Source: an uncultured Candidatus Peribacteria bacterium | GTDB taxonomy: Bacteria; Patescibacteriota; Gracilibacteria; UBA1369; 2-02-FULL-48-14 | NCBI GenBank assembly: GCA_964529435.1 | Contig: CAZGUT010000002.1 | Coordinates: 33,621 to 97,620, forward strand | Direction of reading: 5' to 3' | Length of the DNA: 64,000 nucleotides | Part shown: piece by piece, positions 32,527 to 42,081 of the stretch | How the letters are laid out: each line of letters begins with the position of its first letter | Numbering within the stretch: position 1 is the first letter of the stretch | The notes under the pieces: generated by a model | The model's database searches: none | Seen by the model: only the letters and a program-made list of their open reading frames with translations | Told to the model about the DNA's origin: nothing | Position numbers and translations under genes: made by a program

Positions 32527-34089
32527 CTATTGAAGGGATTTTGTCATATATGTGCCCTCCAACTCATATCCCCATTTACGGTAATAGTTGCGTGTACCGA
32601 TTGAGGCAATTACGGCGATCTTTTTATAACCGGCTCTTTTTGCTAATTCCTCCCCTGCTCGGATCATTTTTTGGCCAAAGCCGGCATGTTGGGAGTCCTT
32701 ATCTGTTTTTTCGCCAACTTTAAGTTGTTGTCCATAGGTATGGACTTCTCTGATGATGGCTGAATCTTTGAGTTCAGGGATGAAATTTACAGAAGGGAAT
32801 CTGAGGCGTAACAGGGAACAGAGTTTGTCTTTTTCTTCGTCGACATAGCTTAAAAAGTATTCTTTTCCGTCTGAGGAGTCATATTCTAGGATGTGAAGAT
32901 CTATTGAGTCTTGATCGTAGGATTTGTCTTTGATCTCGCGGCAACGAATGCAGCGGCATTTGATACCGCGGTCATGAAGGAGTTGGCGCATGTTTGTTTT
33001 TTGACTTCCTTCCAGGATTGATTCGCCGGGGATGTCGCGGTAAAGGCGTTCAATGCGGGTATATTCTGGGACGATTGATTTCATTTCGAGTAGGATTTGC
33101 ATGAGGGTTTCATCTGAATAGCTTTCATATTTGCCTTCTTTCCACCACTGTTCGAGTTCTGAGTATGGAGTTACGACGCAGGGGTAGATTTTGATGTAAT
33201 CAGGTTTGTATGCTGGGTCATCAAAAACTTCGTGGAGCATTTGGATGTCTTTTTCTGGGGTGCTACCGGGGAGATTTGGCATGATGTGGATTCCGATTTT
33301 GAGGCCTGCGTCTTTGAGGAGTTTTAGTGCTTTTGCGTGATCAGATGTTGTTTCATCACGTTTGTTGATGGCTAAGATCTTGTTGTCAGTGGCTTGGATT
33401 CCTACTTGGACTTTGGTGCAACCGAGACGGCGCATGTTGATTACTTCTTCTTCGGTGATGTGGTCTGAACGGGTTTCCAGGCTGAGGCCGATGATTTTGT
33501 GTTTTGCAGATTCATTTAGTTTCTGGGCTTCTTCTAAGTTTTTTGATTCTTTTTTGTTGCAAGCATCGAAGACGGATTTGATGAATTCTTCCTGGTAGTC
33601 TCGGGGGTAAAATGAGAATGTGCCACCGAGTACGATGATTTCGATTTTATCTGTTTCGTGGCCTTGGCGACGGAGACTGTCTAGGCGGGTTAAGACTTGG
33701 GCTTTTGGATCGAAATCGTCTAGGACGGCGCGCATTGCGCCTGGTTCATTGGATAAATAGGACTTTGGCATGCTGGGCTCGGATGGGCAGAAAACGCAGC
33801 GGCCTGGGCAGCCGAAAGGCTTTGTTAATACTGTTATGACAGAAACGCCGGATAAGGTTCGGACTTTGCGTTTTCGCATGAGTTTTTGGAGCTTTGTGTC
33901 GCCTGCCCAACCGTCTTCCAGAAGGGATTTGTAGGCTTTTTGTAGTTTGAAATTACTTGCTAATTGGGTTTTGTGTTCCCGTGCGAAACGTTTTTTGAGC
34001 TTATGAAGTTCTTCTTCGTCTGAAATGCCAAGCTCAGATGCTTGTTTTATGAGTTTTTTGAGGATATTCTCTTCAGAGGTAATTTCCAT
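32527..34089 (-). CDS. elp3: Elp3-like radical-SAM / GNAT tRNA wobble-uridine modification enzyme
   Basis: rSAM cluster region KPFGCPGRCVFCPSEPSMPKSYLSNEPGAMRA and C-terminal GNAT REVHTYGQQLKV...QHAGFGQKMI...GTRNYYRKWGY. Confidence 0.85.
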   Translation of the reverse strand: MEITSEENILKKLIKQASELGISDEEELHKLKKRFAREHKTQLASNFKLQKAYKSLLEDGWAGDTKLQKLMRKRKVRTLSGVSVITVLTKPFGCPGRCVFCPSEPSMPKSYLSNEPGAMRAVLDDFDPKAQVLTRLDSLRRQGHETDKIEIIVLGGTFSFYPRDYQEEFIKSVFDACNKKESKNLEEAQKLNESAKHKIIGLSLETRSDHITEEEVINMRRLGCTKVQVGIQATDNKILAINKRDETTSDHAKALKLLKDAGLKIGIHIMPNLPGSTPEKDIQMLHEVFDDPAYKPDYIKIYPCVVTPYSELEQWWKEGKYESYSDETLMQILLEMKSIVPEYTRIERLYRDIPGESILEGSQKTNMRQLLHDRGIKCRCIRCREIKDKSYDQDSIDLHILEYDSSDGKEYFLSYVDEEKDKLCSLLRLRFPSVNFIPELKDSAIIREVHTYGQQLKVGEKTDKDSQHAGFGQKMIRAGEELAKRAGYKKIAVIASIGTRNYYRKWGYELEGTYMTKSLQ

Positions 34090-34094
34090 AGCTT

Positions 34095-34787
34095 ATGCAC
34101 TCTAGAAGAATCCAGAAAAAGGTCAAGAAGGATTACAATAAAATTGCGGAATCTTTTGCGGAGACGCGGCAGTTTCCGTGGGAGGAATTTGAGTTATTTT
34201 TGAAATATTATGATGGTGATGAGGATGTGCTGGATTTGGGCTGCGGGAATGGGCGGCTTTTGAAGTTTTTGAAAAAGCATGGTTTTGGAACTTATTTGGG
34301 AGTCGATCAGAGTGAGAAGTTGTTGGAGATAGCTGAAAAAGAGCATCCTGATCAGGAGTTTTTGTGTGCAGATATGTGTAATTTGGATTTGGGTAAAAAA
34401 TATGATGCGATTTTTGCGATTGCTTCTTTTCATCATGTTCCTCCCCGATTGCAGGAGGAAACTTTGAAGTCGTGGAAGAAGTTTTTGAAACCTGGTGGGT
34501 ACTTATTCATGACGAATTGGAATTTGTATCAGTCTAAGTATTGGCCTCTTTTATTTAGGAGTTTTATCTTTCCTATTTACGGGTTTGGAGGGCTTTTGGT
34601 TCCATGGAAGAAAGGTTTTGCTTCGCAAGTTCTTTCAAATTCGCACCAAAGGTGCGTGGTAAAACGTTACTACTTTGCCTTTACAAAAAGGCGACTTTCT
34701 CGTTTACTTTATAAGACAGGCTATGAAGTCCACTTTCAGGACTCGGGTAAAAATATTGTGACTATTGCAAGGAATGAAAATTCTTAA
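34095..34787 (+). CDS. Trm9/ALKBH8-like class I SAM-dependent methyltransferase
   Basis: YNKIAESFAETRQFPW, LDLGCGNGR, ASFHHV, VPW and KRYYFAF parallel the yeast Trm9 blocks recalled from memory. Confidence 0.7.
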   Translation: MHSRRIQKKVKKDYNKIAESFAETRQFPWEEFELFLKYYDGDEDVLDLGCGNGRLLKFLKKHGFGTYLGVDQSEKLLEIAEKEHPDQEFLCADMCNLDLGKKYDAIFAIASFHHVPPRLQEETLKSWKKFLKPGGYLFMTNWNLYQSKYWPLLFRSFIFPIYGFGGLLVPWKKGFASQVLSNSHQRCVVKRYYFAFTKRRLSRLLYKTGYEVHFQDSGKNIVTIARNENS

Positions 34788-35544
34788 TGTTAAAATCGAT
34801 CCAGTTACGCAGAAGGATGCTATTTTGGCCCTTGAAAATAGGCAGGTGATTTTTACGCCAAATCCGGAAATTATTTTGGAAGCGAAGAGGAATAAGAGTT
34901 TTAGGCGGGCACTAAAAAAAGGTAGTTTGATGCTTGCTGATGGGCATGGACTCTTGCTGGTTTCTACGTTATTGAAGGTGAAATCTAAGTTTTGGCGTCT
35001 TGTTTTGTACTTCCCTGCCCTGCTCTTGTTTTTGATTTGGAAGAGGCCGTTTAAAAGTGTGATACCGGAAATTATTCATGGGTCGGATTTTATGGCGACT
35101 GTCGTTTCCTGGGCTGAGGTGCATGGGAAATCCGTATTTTTTCTGGGGGCTGAAGATGGAGTAGCCAAGAAAGTGGCAGATTATTTTAAGTCTCAGCATT
35201 CAGGTTTAAAGGTAGCTGGTTATTCCGCCTTAGATCCGAATCATAAGGCTTTTGAAATGGTTCGTGATAGTAAAGCTGAAGTGCTTTTTGTGGCTTATGG
35301 TGCGCCTAAACAGGAGATGTGGATAGCAAAATATGCGCAGAAATTAGCGAAGTTGGATATTGTTATGGGTGTTGGTGGTTCCTTTGATTTTTGGAGTGGG
35401 AAAGTTGAAAGAGCTCCGGAGTGGATGAGGAAGCTTGGTCTGGAATGGTTTTATCGGCTTTGCAAGGATCCAAAAACACGCCTAAAGAGAATTTGGAATG
35501 CACTTGTGAAATTCCCGCTTACTTCTTTCTTTTCTTCTTCGTAG
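34774..35544 (+). CDS. tagA: WecB/TagA/CpsF-family glycosyltransferase
   Basis: FTPNPEIILEA, VAYGAPKQEMWI, and GVGGSFDFWSGKVERAPEWMRKLGLEWFYRL. Confidence 0.85.
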   Translation: MKILNVKIDPVTQKDAILALENRQVIFTPNPEIILEAKRNKSFRRALKKGSLMLADGHGLLLVSTLLKVKSKFWRLVLYFPALLLFLIWKRPFKSVIPEIIHGSDFMATVVSWAEVHGKSVFFLGAEDGVAKKVADYFKSQHSGLKVAGYSALDPNHKAFEMVRDSKAEVLFVAYGAPKQEMWIAKYAQKLAKLDIVMGVGGSFDFWSGKVERAPEWMRKLGLEWFYRLCKDPKTRLKRIWNALVKFPLTSFFSSS

Positions 35545-35782
35545 AAACTTTTTCTGTGGCGCTTTCAATAAAAGGTGCAACAAATTCAATTATGCTTTTT
35601 GTCATGAGAATTGGCTTTGTGATGTATTTATCAACCTTTTCAACGAGTTCGCGAACTTTGTCTGCGGTTTTAGTTACATCGCGGAGGATGAACATCAGGT
35701 AAATCAGCGTGATTGACAAGAAAATTGTCAGAATTGCTGCACAAACTGAAAATGTGAGATAGAGGATGTCGATGGATTCCAT
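35519..35782 (-). CDS. DUF948-like small membrane-anchored coiled-coil protein
   Basis: One N-terminal TM helix, then LRDVTKTADKVRELVEKVDK; 87 aa. Confidence 0.6.
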   Translation of the reverse strand: MESIDILYLTFSVCAAILTIFLSITLIYLMFILRDVTKTADKVRELVEKVDKYITKPILMTKSIIEFVAPFIESATEKVSTKKKRKK

Positions 35783-35856
35783 AGGCGTGGATTAAAGATA
35801 TGGGTGTTGCTTCGCAACGTTTTTATAACGGGCCAAGCGCTTCGCTATTGGCCTGA

Positions 35857-37245
35857 TTATAGCAGAAGTTTTTTAAGAATGTCATTAACGATTTTTGGGT
35901 TTGCTTGGCCGCGGCTTTCCTTCATGACGAAGCCGACTAAGGCGCCCATGGCTTTTTCTTTACCGCCTTTCACGTCTGCGACTGTGTCTGGATTTGCATC
36001 GATTGCTTTTTGGCAGAGTTCTTCGATTTGGGATGTGTCACTTACTTGAACTAAGTTTTGTTCTTGTACTATCTGTTTGGGGGCTTTGCCGGTATTGAAC
36101 ATTTCTGCAAAAACTATTGTTTTTGCAGTGTTATTGGAGACGGTATCGTTTTCAACGAGCTGAATTAATTCAATCATTTGTTCTGGAGAGATTGGGCAAT
36201 CTGCTATTTTGAGATTTGCGTCTGCTAGGCGTTTTACTAGAATAGTTCCTACAAATGAGCTGGCAATTTTTGGGTTTGAGGCCTTGGCAACACTTTCAAA
36301 GTAATTTGCTAGGTTGATATTTTCTGTGTAGAAAAGAGCTTCTGCTTCTGAGATGCCAAATTCTGAGATGAAGCGTTGGTGTTTTTCACTTGGTAGTTCT
36401 ATTTCAGACTGCTCCGCTTCGCTGCGCAGTATTGGTGGGATGTCTGGTTCTGGGAAATAGCGATAATCTGCTGAGCTTTCCTTTTCACGAAGCACTTCTG
36501 TTGTGCCACGGCTGTCGTCCCAGCCGAGAGTACAATCGTTTTTTGGTGGAGATTTAATTTGTCGTTGGATTTCGTATTCGATTGCGGCTTCTAGGGAGCG
36601 GAATGAATTAAGATTCTTGATTTCCCCACGTGGATTTAAGACTTTTTCTCCTTTTTTGCGAATGGAAACACTGGCGTCAAAACGCATCATTCCCTTTTCC
36701 ATGTCGCAGTCTGAGCCGCCGGAATAACGGAGGATTTTTTGGACGGTTTCTGCATATTCGCGGGCTTCACTTGCGCTGCGCATGTCTGGTTCAGAAACGA
36801 TTTCCATTAATGGTGTTCCGGCTCGGTTGAAATCTAAGAGTGTGCCATTTGCTGTATGTGTGAGTTTTCCGGCGTCATTTTCAAGGTGTAAGCGGGTCAC
36901 ACCAATGGTTTTATCTTTTATCTTTACCTCCCCTTTTTCTGAGACAGGCTCGTCAAATTGTGAGATTTGGAAGCCGTATGGAAGGTCTGGATAAAAATAG
37001 TTTTTGCGGTCAAATTTTGAGAAAGATGGGATTTTGCATTTTAGAGCTAGAGCTGCTTTGATTCCTTTTTCTATAGCTTCCTTGTTTGGCACAGGAAGAA
37101 CACCTGGGTAGCCCATACAGATTGGGCAGACATTTGTATTTGCTTGTTTCCCAAAAGAATCATTGTCACAGCCACAGAACATTTTTGTTTTTGTGGATAT
37201 TTGTGCGTGAATTTCCAGGCCAATTACGACTTCGATGTCTGTCAT
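35857..37245 (-). CDS. gatB: Asp/Glu-tRNA amidotransferase subunit B
   Basis: VIGLEIHAQISTKTKMFCGC and a C-terminal YqeY-like domain. Confidence 0.93.
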   Translation of the reverse strand: MTDIEVVIGLEIHAQISTKTKMFCGCDNDSFGKQANTNVCPICMGYPGVLPVPNKEAIEKGIKAALALKCKIPSFSKFDRKNYFYPDLPYGFQISQFDEPVSEKGEVKIKDKTIGVTRLHLENDAGKLTHTANGTLLDFNRAGTPLMEIVSEPDMRSASEAREYAETVQKILRYSGGSDCDMEKGMMRFDASVSIRKKGEKVLNPRGEIKNLNSFRSLEAAIEYEIQRQIKSPPKNDCTLGWDDSRGTTEVLREKESSADYRYFPEPDIPPILRSEAEQSEIELPSEKHQRFISEFGISEAEALFYTENINLANYFESVAKASNPKIASSFVGTILVKRLADANLKIADCPISPEQMIELIQLVENDTVSNNTAKTIVFAEMFNTGKAPKQIVQEQNLVQVSDTSQIEELCQKAIDANPDTVADVKGGKEKAMGALVGFVMKESRGQANPKIVNDILKKLLL

Positions 37246-37803
37246 TTATTTTGAGCTACGAACTAAGTCTGTAAGCAGATCACGAAGTTTTGAGTGATCT
37301 GAAAAGGTTTGTTGATGTAAGAAATCTTGTTGGTGTTTTACAATATGTCTTTCTAGTTTTCTTGGTGCAGCAACGTTTTTCAGGTCTACAGGCTGACCAC
37401 TCATATGTTCGATTTGTATGTTTCCATAACGCAAAACAGTCCCCCAAAAACCTTTGATTTCGTTGCTTAGACCTTCGATGTGAGAGTAGTCGATTCTGGT
37501 TGTAGCTTTATCAAAAAAGCTGTTCCATTCCTGATCAATAACGCCCATGTTGGTTACAATCCAGGCATCGAGATACCATTGAATTAAGCGGTATACGAAA
37601 AGCAAGGCTCCAAGCCCTCCCCAGCCGAGCCAAATTGGATAAAATAATGGAAACAGAAAATAAGCGCCGAGAGGTGCTAGCATTCCAAAAATCAGTACTT
37701 TGAAAAGTGTTCCGTAAATGGTGAAGGGGTGAACGTGGGCGACGTAATGTATCTTCTCACCCTTATTTAGTAGGCCCCGGAAGGCGATTTCATCAATTAT
37801 CAT
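37246..37803 (-). CDS. Bacterial PH-domain (YdbS/YdbT-like) membrane protein
   Basis: Two TM helices followed by a bPH-like domain (RIDYSHIEGLSNEIKGFWGTVLRYGNIQI). Confidence 0.6.
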   Translation of the reverse strand: MIIDEIAFRGLLNKGEKIHYVAHVHPFTIYGTLFKVLIFGMLAPLGAYFLFPLFYPIWLGWGGLGALLFVYRLIQWYLDAWIVTNMGVIDQEWNSFFDKATTRIDYSHIEGLSNEIKGFWGTVLRYGNIQIEHMSGQPVDLKNVAAPRKLERHIVKHQQDFLHQQTFSDHSKLRDLLTDLVRSSK

Positions 37804-37854
37804 TTGTGCGTGTAAAGAAACCTTGATAATCTGTCGGGGCTATTTTACACGAAT

Positions 37855-38505
37855 ATGAGTAAAAAAACGATAAAAGACTTTGCGTGGCCGAAATTTATTT
37901 TGGATGTGTTTGTGGATGTGGCGGTTGTGATTGTTTTGGTGCTGATTTTTAGGGCTTATTTGTATGCGCCGTTTCAGATACACGGGCCGTCCATGTGTGA
38001 TACTTTTAATGTTTATGGTGATGAATGTCATAGTGGTGACGGCGAGTATGTGCTGACCTCACGGCTTTCAGTTTGGGATATTTTTGGGTGGAGTCCGGCT
38101 GAGATTCAGCGTGGTGATGTGGTGATTTTTCAGGCGCCGTATGGTGAAAAAGGTGAGTATTTTATTAAGCGTGTGATTGGGCTGCCTGGAGATACGGTTG
38201 AGATTGAGGATGGGCTGGTTTATGTGAATGGTGAAGAGCTAGTTGAGGAGTATTTGAATGAGGACAATGCTGGGAATACGGATCCTTATCGGAGTGATTC
38301 TGAGGCTTATGAGGTAGATGAGGGGGCTTATTTTGTTTTGGGGGATAACAGGACAAAGAGTAGTGATTCTCGACGATGTTTTCAGCAGTTGGGCTGCACT
38401 GGTGATAGCTCCCCCTATTTAGATTTCGATTTTATTGAAGGCGAAGTCAAAGTGGTGATTTATCCACTGAGTCATTTTAGGTTTGTGGGAGGGGTTAGCT
38501 ATTGA
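37855..38505 (+). CDS. lepB: Signal peptidase I
   Basis: GPSMCDTF (catalytic Ser), KRVIGLPGD, and GDNRTKSSDSR. Confidence 0.9.
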   Translation: MSKKTIKDFAWPKFILDVFVDVAVVIVLVLIFRAYLYAPFQIHGPSMCDTFNVYGDECHSGDGEYVLTSRLSVWDIFGWSPAEIQRGDVVIFQAPYGEKGEYFIKRVIGLPGDTVEIEDGLVYVNGEELVEEYLNEDNAGNTDPYRSDSEAYEVDEGAYFVLGDNRTKSSDSRRCFQQLGCTGDSSPYLDFDFIEGEVKVVIYPLSHFRFVGGVSY

Positions 38506-38530
38506 CGAGGTGAGACGGAGGTGGTATAAG
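38502..38530 (+). promoter_or_regulatory. Promoter TTGACG-17-TATAAG for the 38560 ORFan
   Basis: -35 at 38502-38507, overlapping the lepB stop; -10 at 38525-38530. Confidence 0.5.
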
Positions 38531-38559
38531 ATAGGCTCTTATTTGTTAATTTTAGAAAT

Positions 38560-38892
38560 ATGGAGAAACGTATAGAAATTCGTAGTCAACTTGCTGGAAT
38601 TGCAAAAGCTGATGATTTTAGAGGAGGAGATAAACCCTCTGTAGCAGGCGAAGTATTGAAGGCTTTACCTAGTAAGGATGGTGCTGAAAGGCTTTGTATG
38701 AATGCGGATCAGGCTGGACTTACCTTGGGTGTAGTAGGAGCTATGTCGGCACCTTTTGCTGATACTGAAAGAAGTCCAACTATGCCAGAGAGAGTATTGG
38801 CTGTAGCTGCAAGCATTAAAGCTTTGGCATCTGAAACCTGTGAAGGTTGTGAGACTAGAGGATGTGAGTTTATGGAGGAGAAATCATCCTAA
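38560..38892 (+). CDS. ORFan, 110 aa, C-terminal C-x2-C-x4-C motif (paralogue of 25569..25916)
   Basis: VAGEVLKA, ERLCMNADQ, and ...VAASIKALASETCEGCETRGCEF. Its 3' end overlaps a convergent gene by 9 nt. Confidence 0.55.
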   Translation: MEKRIEIRSQLAGIAKADDFRGGDKPSVAGEVLKALPSKDGAERLCMNADQAGLTLGVVGAMSAPFADTERSPTMPERVLAVAASIKALASETCEGCETRGCEFMEEKSS

Positions 38893-39282
38893 CTCATCTT
38901 TACTACTCAGGTAAAATTCGATGAGGGTCATTGTGATGACGATGAGAAGGCCGTTCCAGACGCGGAGTAGGCCGAGCATTAGTAGTGCGAGGCAGATTGT
39001 GGTGCAGGCGCTGAGTAGGATGCCTTGGCGTAGGGAAATTGTGACGTGTTTGACGTAGATGTTATCTGCCGCTTTCCATTTCTTAAGGAAGAAGAGAATG
39101 ATTGTGAAAGTGCCTGTGAGGGCTAGGGCTGTGCTGATGAAGAACAGTGAGAGAGCGAGGTCTGTGGATTCGTATGGGTCGAGGTTGAGGATGACGAGAG
39201 TCCAGGCTGCCCAGCTGAAAATTGTTGCTAATGCGATTAATAGCAGGATTTTGTAATGTGGGATTTGGAAGATGCTATTCAA
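38884..39282 (-). CDS. Hypothetical 4-TM membrane protein
   Basis: 132 aa with four hydrophobic helices. Translationally coupled to the upstream UDG gene (8-nt overlap). Confidence 0.6.
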   Translation of the reverse strand: MNSIFQIPHYKILLLIALATIFSWAAWTLVILNLDPYESTDLALSLFFISTALALTGTFTIILFFLKKWKAADNIYVKHVTISLRQGILLSACTTICLALLMLGLLRVWNGLLIVITMTLIEFYLSSKDELG

Positions 39283-39826
39283 TTTCTTTCATTAAGAGAG
39301 GTACTTTTAACATATCATGTTTGAGGGTCTCGCGCATGCCTCCGTTGTAGAGGGCAGCAGCAGGGTGATACATGGTCATGAAGTGTTGGATTTGACCATC
39401 TTGTCTTTTGGCTTGGAGCCATTTGCCGTGGACTTGGGATATTTTTTTATCTGGGAAAAAGAAATTCATTGCGTGGCGGCCGAGTGTGATTATCAAAAGC
39501 GGATTCATTTCATAGATTTGTTTGATGAGATAGGTTTGGCTGCAGGTTGTGATTTCTTCGGGGAGTGGATCACGGTTATTTGGTGGGCGGCATTTTACGA
39601 TATTTGTGATGAAAACTTTTGTTCTGTCGAGGCCGATTGATGCGAGCATTTCATCCAGGAATTTACCTGCTGCACCTACAAAAGGCTTCCCTTGCTCGTC
39701 TTCGTTTTTACCAGGCCCCTCTCCTATCAGAAGAATTTTGGCTTTTGGGTTGCCAGTTCCGGGGACGATCCGTGTTCTACATTCGCAGAGTTTACAGAGT
39801 TGGCAGTCGGGAGGTACAATGATCAT
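39275..39826 (-). CDS. Family-4 uracil-DNA glycosylase (Fe-S type)
   Basis: CQLCKLCECRT Cys cluster and LIGEGPGKNEDEQGKPFVGAAGKFL. Confidence 0.88.
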   Translation of the reverse strand: MIIVPPDCQLCKLCECRTRIVPGTGNPKAKILLIGEGPGKNEDEQGKPFVGAAGKFLDEMLASIGLDRTKVFITNIVKCRPPNNRDPLPEEITTCSQTYLIKQIYEMNPLLIITLGRHAMNFFFPDKKISQVHGKWLQAKRQDGQIQHFMTMYHPAAALYNGGMRETLKHDMLKVPLLMKEIE

Positions 39827-39848
39827 GTGCGTATTTTAGCAAATACTT

Positions 39849-40745
39849 ATGGAAACTTGCAGTGTTCTTTTCTTCTCGAGTAGCGAAATTTCAATTCCAT
39901 TGCTTGAGGTGTTGAATGCAGATGGGCGTTTTGAGGTGGTGGGTTTGGTGTGTCAGCCGGATAAACCTGTTGGAAGGGGGCAGATTGTGAAGAAAGTCGC
40001 TACAAAAGAAATAGCTGAGAGGTGTGGGATTCCTGTTTATCAGGATAAGAAGTTTGAGGGTGAAGTCGATTTTTTGCTGACTTTTGCGTATGGAAAGATT
40101 TTGGGTAATGATTGGCTTGGGCTGGCTGGGATTGAGGCATTGAATGTGCATGCTTCGCTTTTGCCGAAATATAGGGGTGCGTCCCCTATTCAGGCTGCGA
40201 TTTTGAATGGGGATAAGGAGACGGGGATTAGTTTGATGAGGATGGTTAAGGAGATGGATGCGGGGCCGGTTTTTTCCAGTAGGGTTATTGAGTTACCTGA
40301 AGAGATGACAGCTGGGATATTGCATGATGAGCTTGCGAACGTGGCTGCGGAGTTTGTTCCAGATGAGCTTTTGAAGATTAAAAATGGGGAGATTGAGGCT
40401 GTGGAACAGAAGGGTGAAGTGAGTCATTGTAAAAAGATTAGTCGTGAGGATGGCAAGGTGGACTTTAAGAAGTCTGCTGGAGAGATTTTACGGATGTTTA
40501 GGGCTTATTCTCCTTGGCCTGGCTTGTGGACTATGTATAAAGGGAAGAGGTTGAAGCTGGTGGATATTGAGGTCAGTGGTGAGATTTTGGTGCCTGGTGA
40601 GGTGAAGTTTGAAGACCATTCCCTGCTGATTGGCACTTCGGATGGCTCTATTAAAGTCAAACAATTGCAACTTGAAGGAAAACAGTGTTTGCATGCAGAT
40701 CAGTTTGTTCTTGGGCAGCCTGATTTTTGTGATGCTTCACTCTAG
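39849..40745 (+). CDS. fmt: Methionyl-tRNA formyltransferase
   Basis: NVHASLLPKYRGASPIQAAILNGDKETGISLM. Confidence 0.9.
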   Translation: METCSVLFFSSSEISIPLLEVLNADGRFEVVGLVCQPDKPVGRGQIVKKVATKEIAERCGIPVYQDKKFEGEVDFLLTFAYGKILGNDWLGLAGIEALNVHASLLPKYRGASPIQAAILNGDKETGISLMRMVKEMDAGPVFSSRVIELPEEMTAGILHDELANVAAEFVPDELLKIKNGEIEAVEQKGEVSHCKKISREDGKVDFKKSAGEILRMFRAYSPWPGLWTMYKGKRLKLVDIEVSGEILVPGEVKFEDHSLLIGTSDGSIKVKQLQLEGKQCLHADQFVLGQPDFCDASL

Positions 40746-40753
40746 GTTAGATC

Positions 40754-40781
40754 TTGACTTATCCTGGGTTAGTGGTATATT
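40754..40781 (+). promoter_or_regulatory. Promoter TTGACT-16-(TGg)TATATT for the 40804 ORF
   Basis: -35 at 40754-40759 and an extended -10 at 40773-40781. Confidence 0.55.
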
Positions 40782-40803
40782 TGCGATCTCGTAAATATTT
40801 ACA

Positions 40804-42081
40804 ATGGGTTTTGATATTAGGGGTGAATTGGAGGGGCTTGAAGCTGGATTGCGTGATCTGGAAGCTGAGGCTATGAGGGAGCAGGTTGTTCCAGTTGATG
40901 TTGTGGAAGTGGAAGAACCAGCTAGAATTCCTATTCCTGAATATATTGGTCAGCCGATAAAGCTTAAAAGGAGTTTTCTCTCGCGGCTTCCGCGGATACC
41001 TGGGTTCTTGATTGCTCCAGCAATTATTATGACTCTTGTGGTAGGGATTAAAGGTGTGCAGAAAGTTATGGAGTGGACAGATGAGGAAGATGCGAAGGAT
41101 CCTCGTCAAATTGTTACTGAGCGTTTGTTAGAAAAAAGGATCCCCCGTGGGGATGTGGATTACAGTAAATATTCGCTGAGACATTCAAAGGTTAGGGCGA
41201 TTATTAAGCAGTTAGAGAAGGCTGAGGAAGAGAGGAAAGCTGAGGAAAGAGCATTGATGGCTAAGGTGGTGAGTGAATCACCTATGTTGCAAGCATTTGA
41301 AGGGGTGCTGGGAGTTAAGATTGGTGTTTATTCTGGAGAGAATGACCCTCCTGAACGTGATTTACGTATTGGCTCCCCTGCTGTGAAAATTGCACCGTAT
41401 TCTGAAGTAGAAGGTGTTTCTACTGCTGAGGAATATTGGACTTTTCTTCGTGAAACGGTTGTTGAGCCTGAGGAAACTTCTGAGATAATTGATCATCGTA
41501 TTATTTTGCCTAAGGAGAACCTTACGATAACAAGTAGCCCTATAGATACTTATGAAAGAGGCGATGGTGATTGTGATGATTATTCTGAGATTTGCAGGCA
41601 AACTCTTGATCATTTGGGTAGAAGTATTGGAGTTGATTTAGATCCGAGGCTGATTTCAGCTATTCCAGAGGGGGAAGATGTTGGTCATGCACTATGCATT
41701 TACACTGTAAATGGGCAGCAATTTGCAATAGACCAGTCGCCACCGGTGGCTTTTGACGTGCTGGGTGAAGCTTCATCTTATTTTGCTCAAGATGATCTAG
41801 TTTATCAAGAAGCTGCTTTTGATGATGCAGGGAATCTTGTTCGTTGGAGTATTGATCCTGAGCTTAATGAAACTAATGAAATGATGACTGTTTTTGTCTT
41901 AGACCCTGAAGCTGATTATGATGAAGACCCTAGTGCTGTGAGTGAGATTTTGCCTGAAGGATGGGAGGCTTACAAAAAGGCTTCTGTGTTTATGAATTTT
42001 GGTGCTGAGGACATGAAGGTAGTCGAATATGCTGAAGGAGTTGAGCAAGGTGTTTTTGGCATTACACTCGAACTTCCTTAA
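40804..42081 (+). CDS. Membrane-anchored ORFan with a transglutaminase-like Cys-His-Asp core
   Basis: One TM helix (FLIAPAIIMTLVVGI). GDGDCDDYSEICRQ...(about 35 aa)...VGHALCIY...(about 12 aa)...AIDQS matches the spacing of the papain-like transglutaminase fold. Confidence 0.6.
   Translation: MGFDIRGELEGLEAGLRDLEAEAMREQVVPVDVVEVEEPARIPIPEYIGQPIKLKRSFLSRLPRIPGFLIAPAIIMTLVVGIKGVQKVMEWTDEEDAKDPRQIVTERLLEKRIPRGDVDYSKYSLRHSKVRAIIKQLEKAEEERKAEERALMAKVVSESPMLQAFEGVLGVKIGVYSGENDPPERDLRIGSPAVKIAPYSEVEGVSTAEEYWTFLRETVVEPEETSEIIDHRIILPKENLTITSSPIDTYERGDGDCDDYSEICRQTLDHLGRSIGVDLDPRLISAIPEGEDVGHALCIYTVNGQQFAIDQSPPVAFDVLGEASSYFAQDDLVYQEAAFDDAGNLVRWSIDPELNETNEMMTVFVLDPEADYDEDPSAVSEILPEGWEAYKKASVFMNFGAEDMKVVEYAEGVEQGVFGITLELP

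Noticed and set aside
35805-35824. The hairpin GUUGC-uuc-GCAAC plus U5, considered as a + strand terminator.
   Set aside because: No + strand gene ends nearby; tagA stops 260 nt upstream, across an antisense gene. It may only block read-through, and the evidence was too weak to list as a feature.
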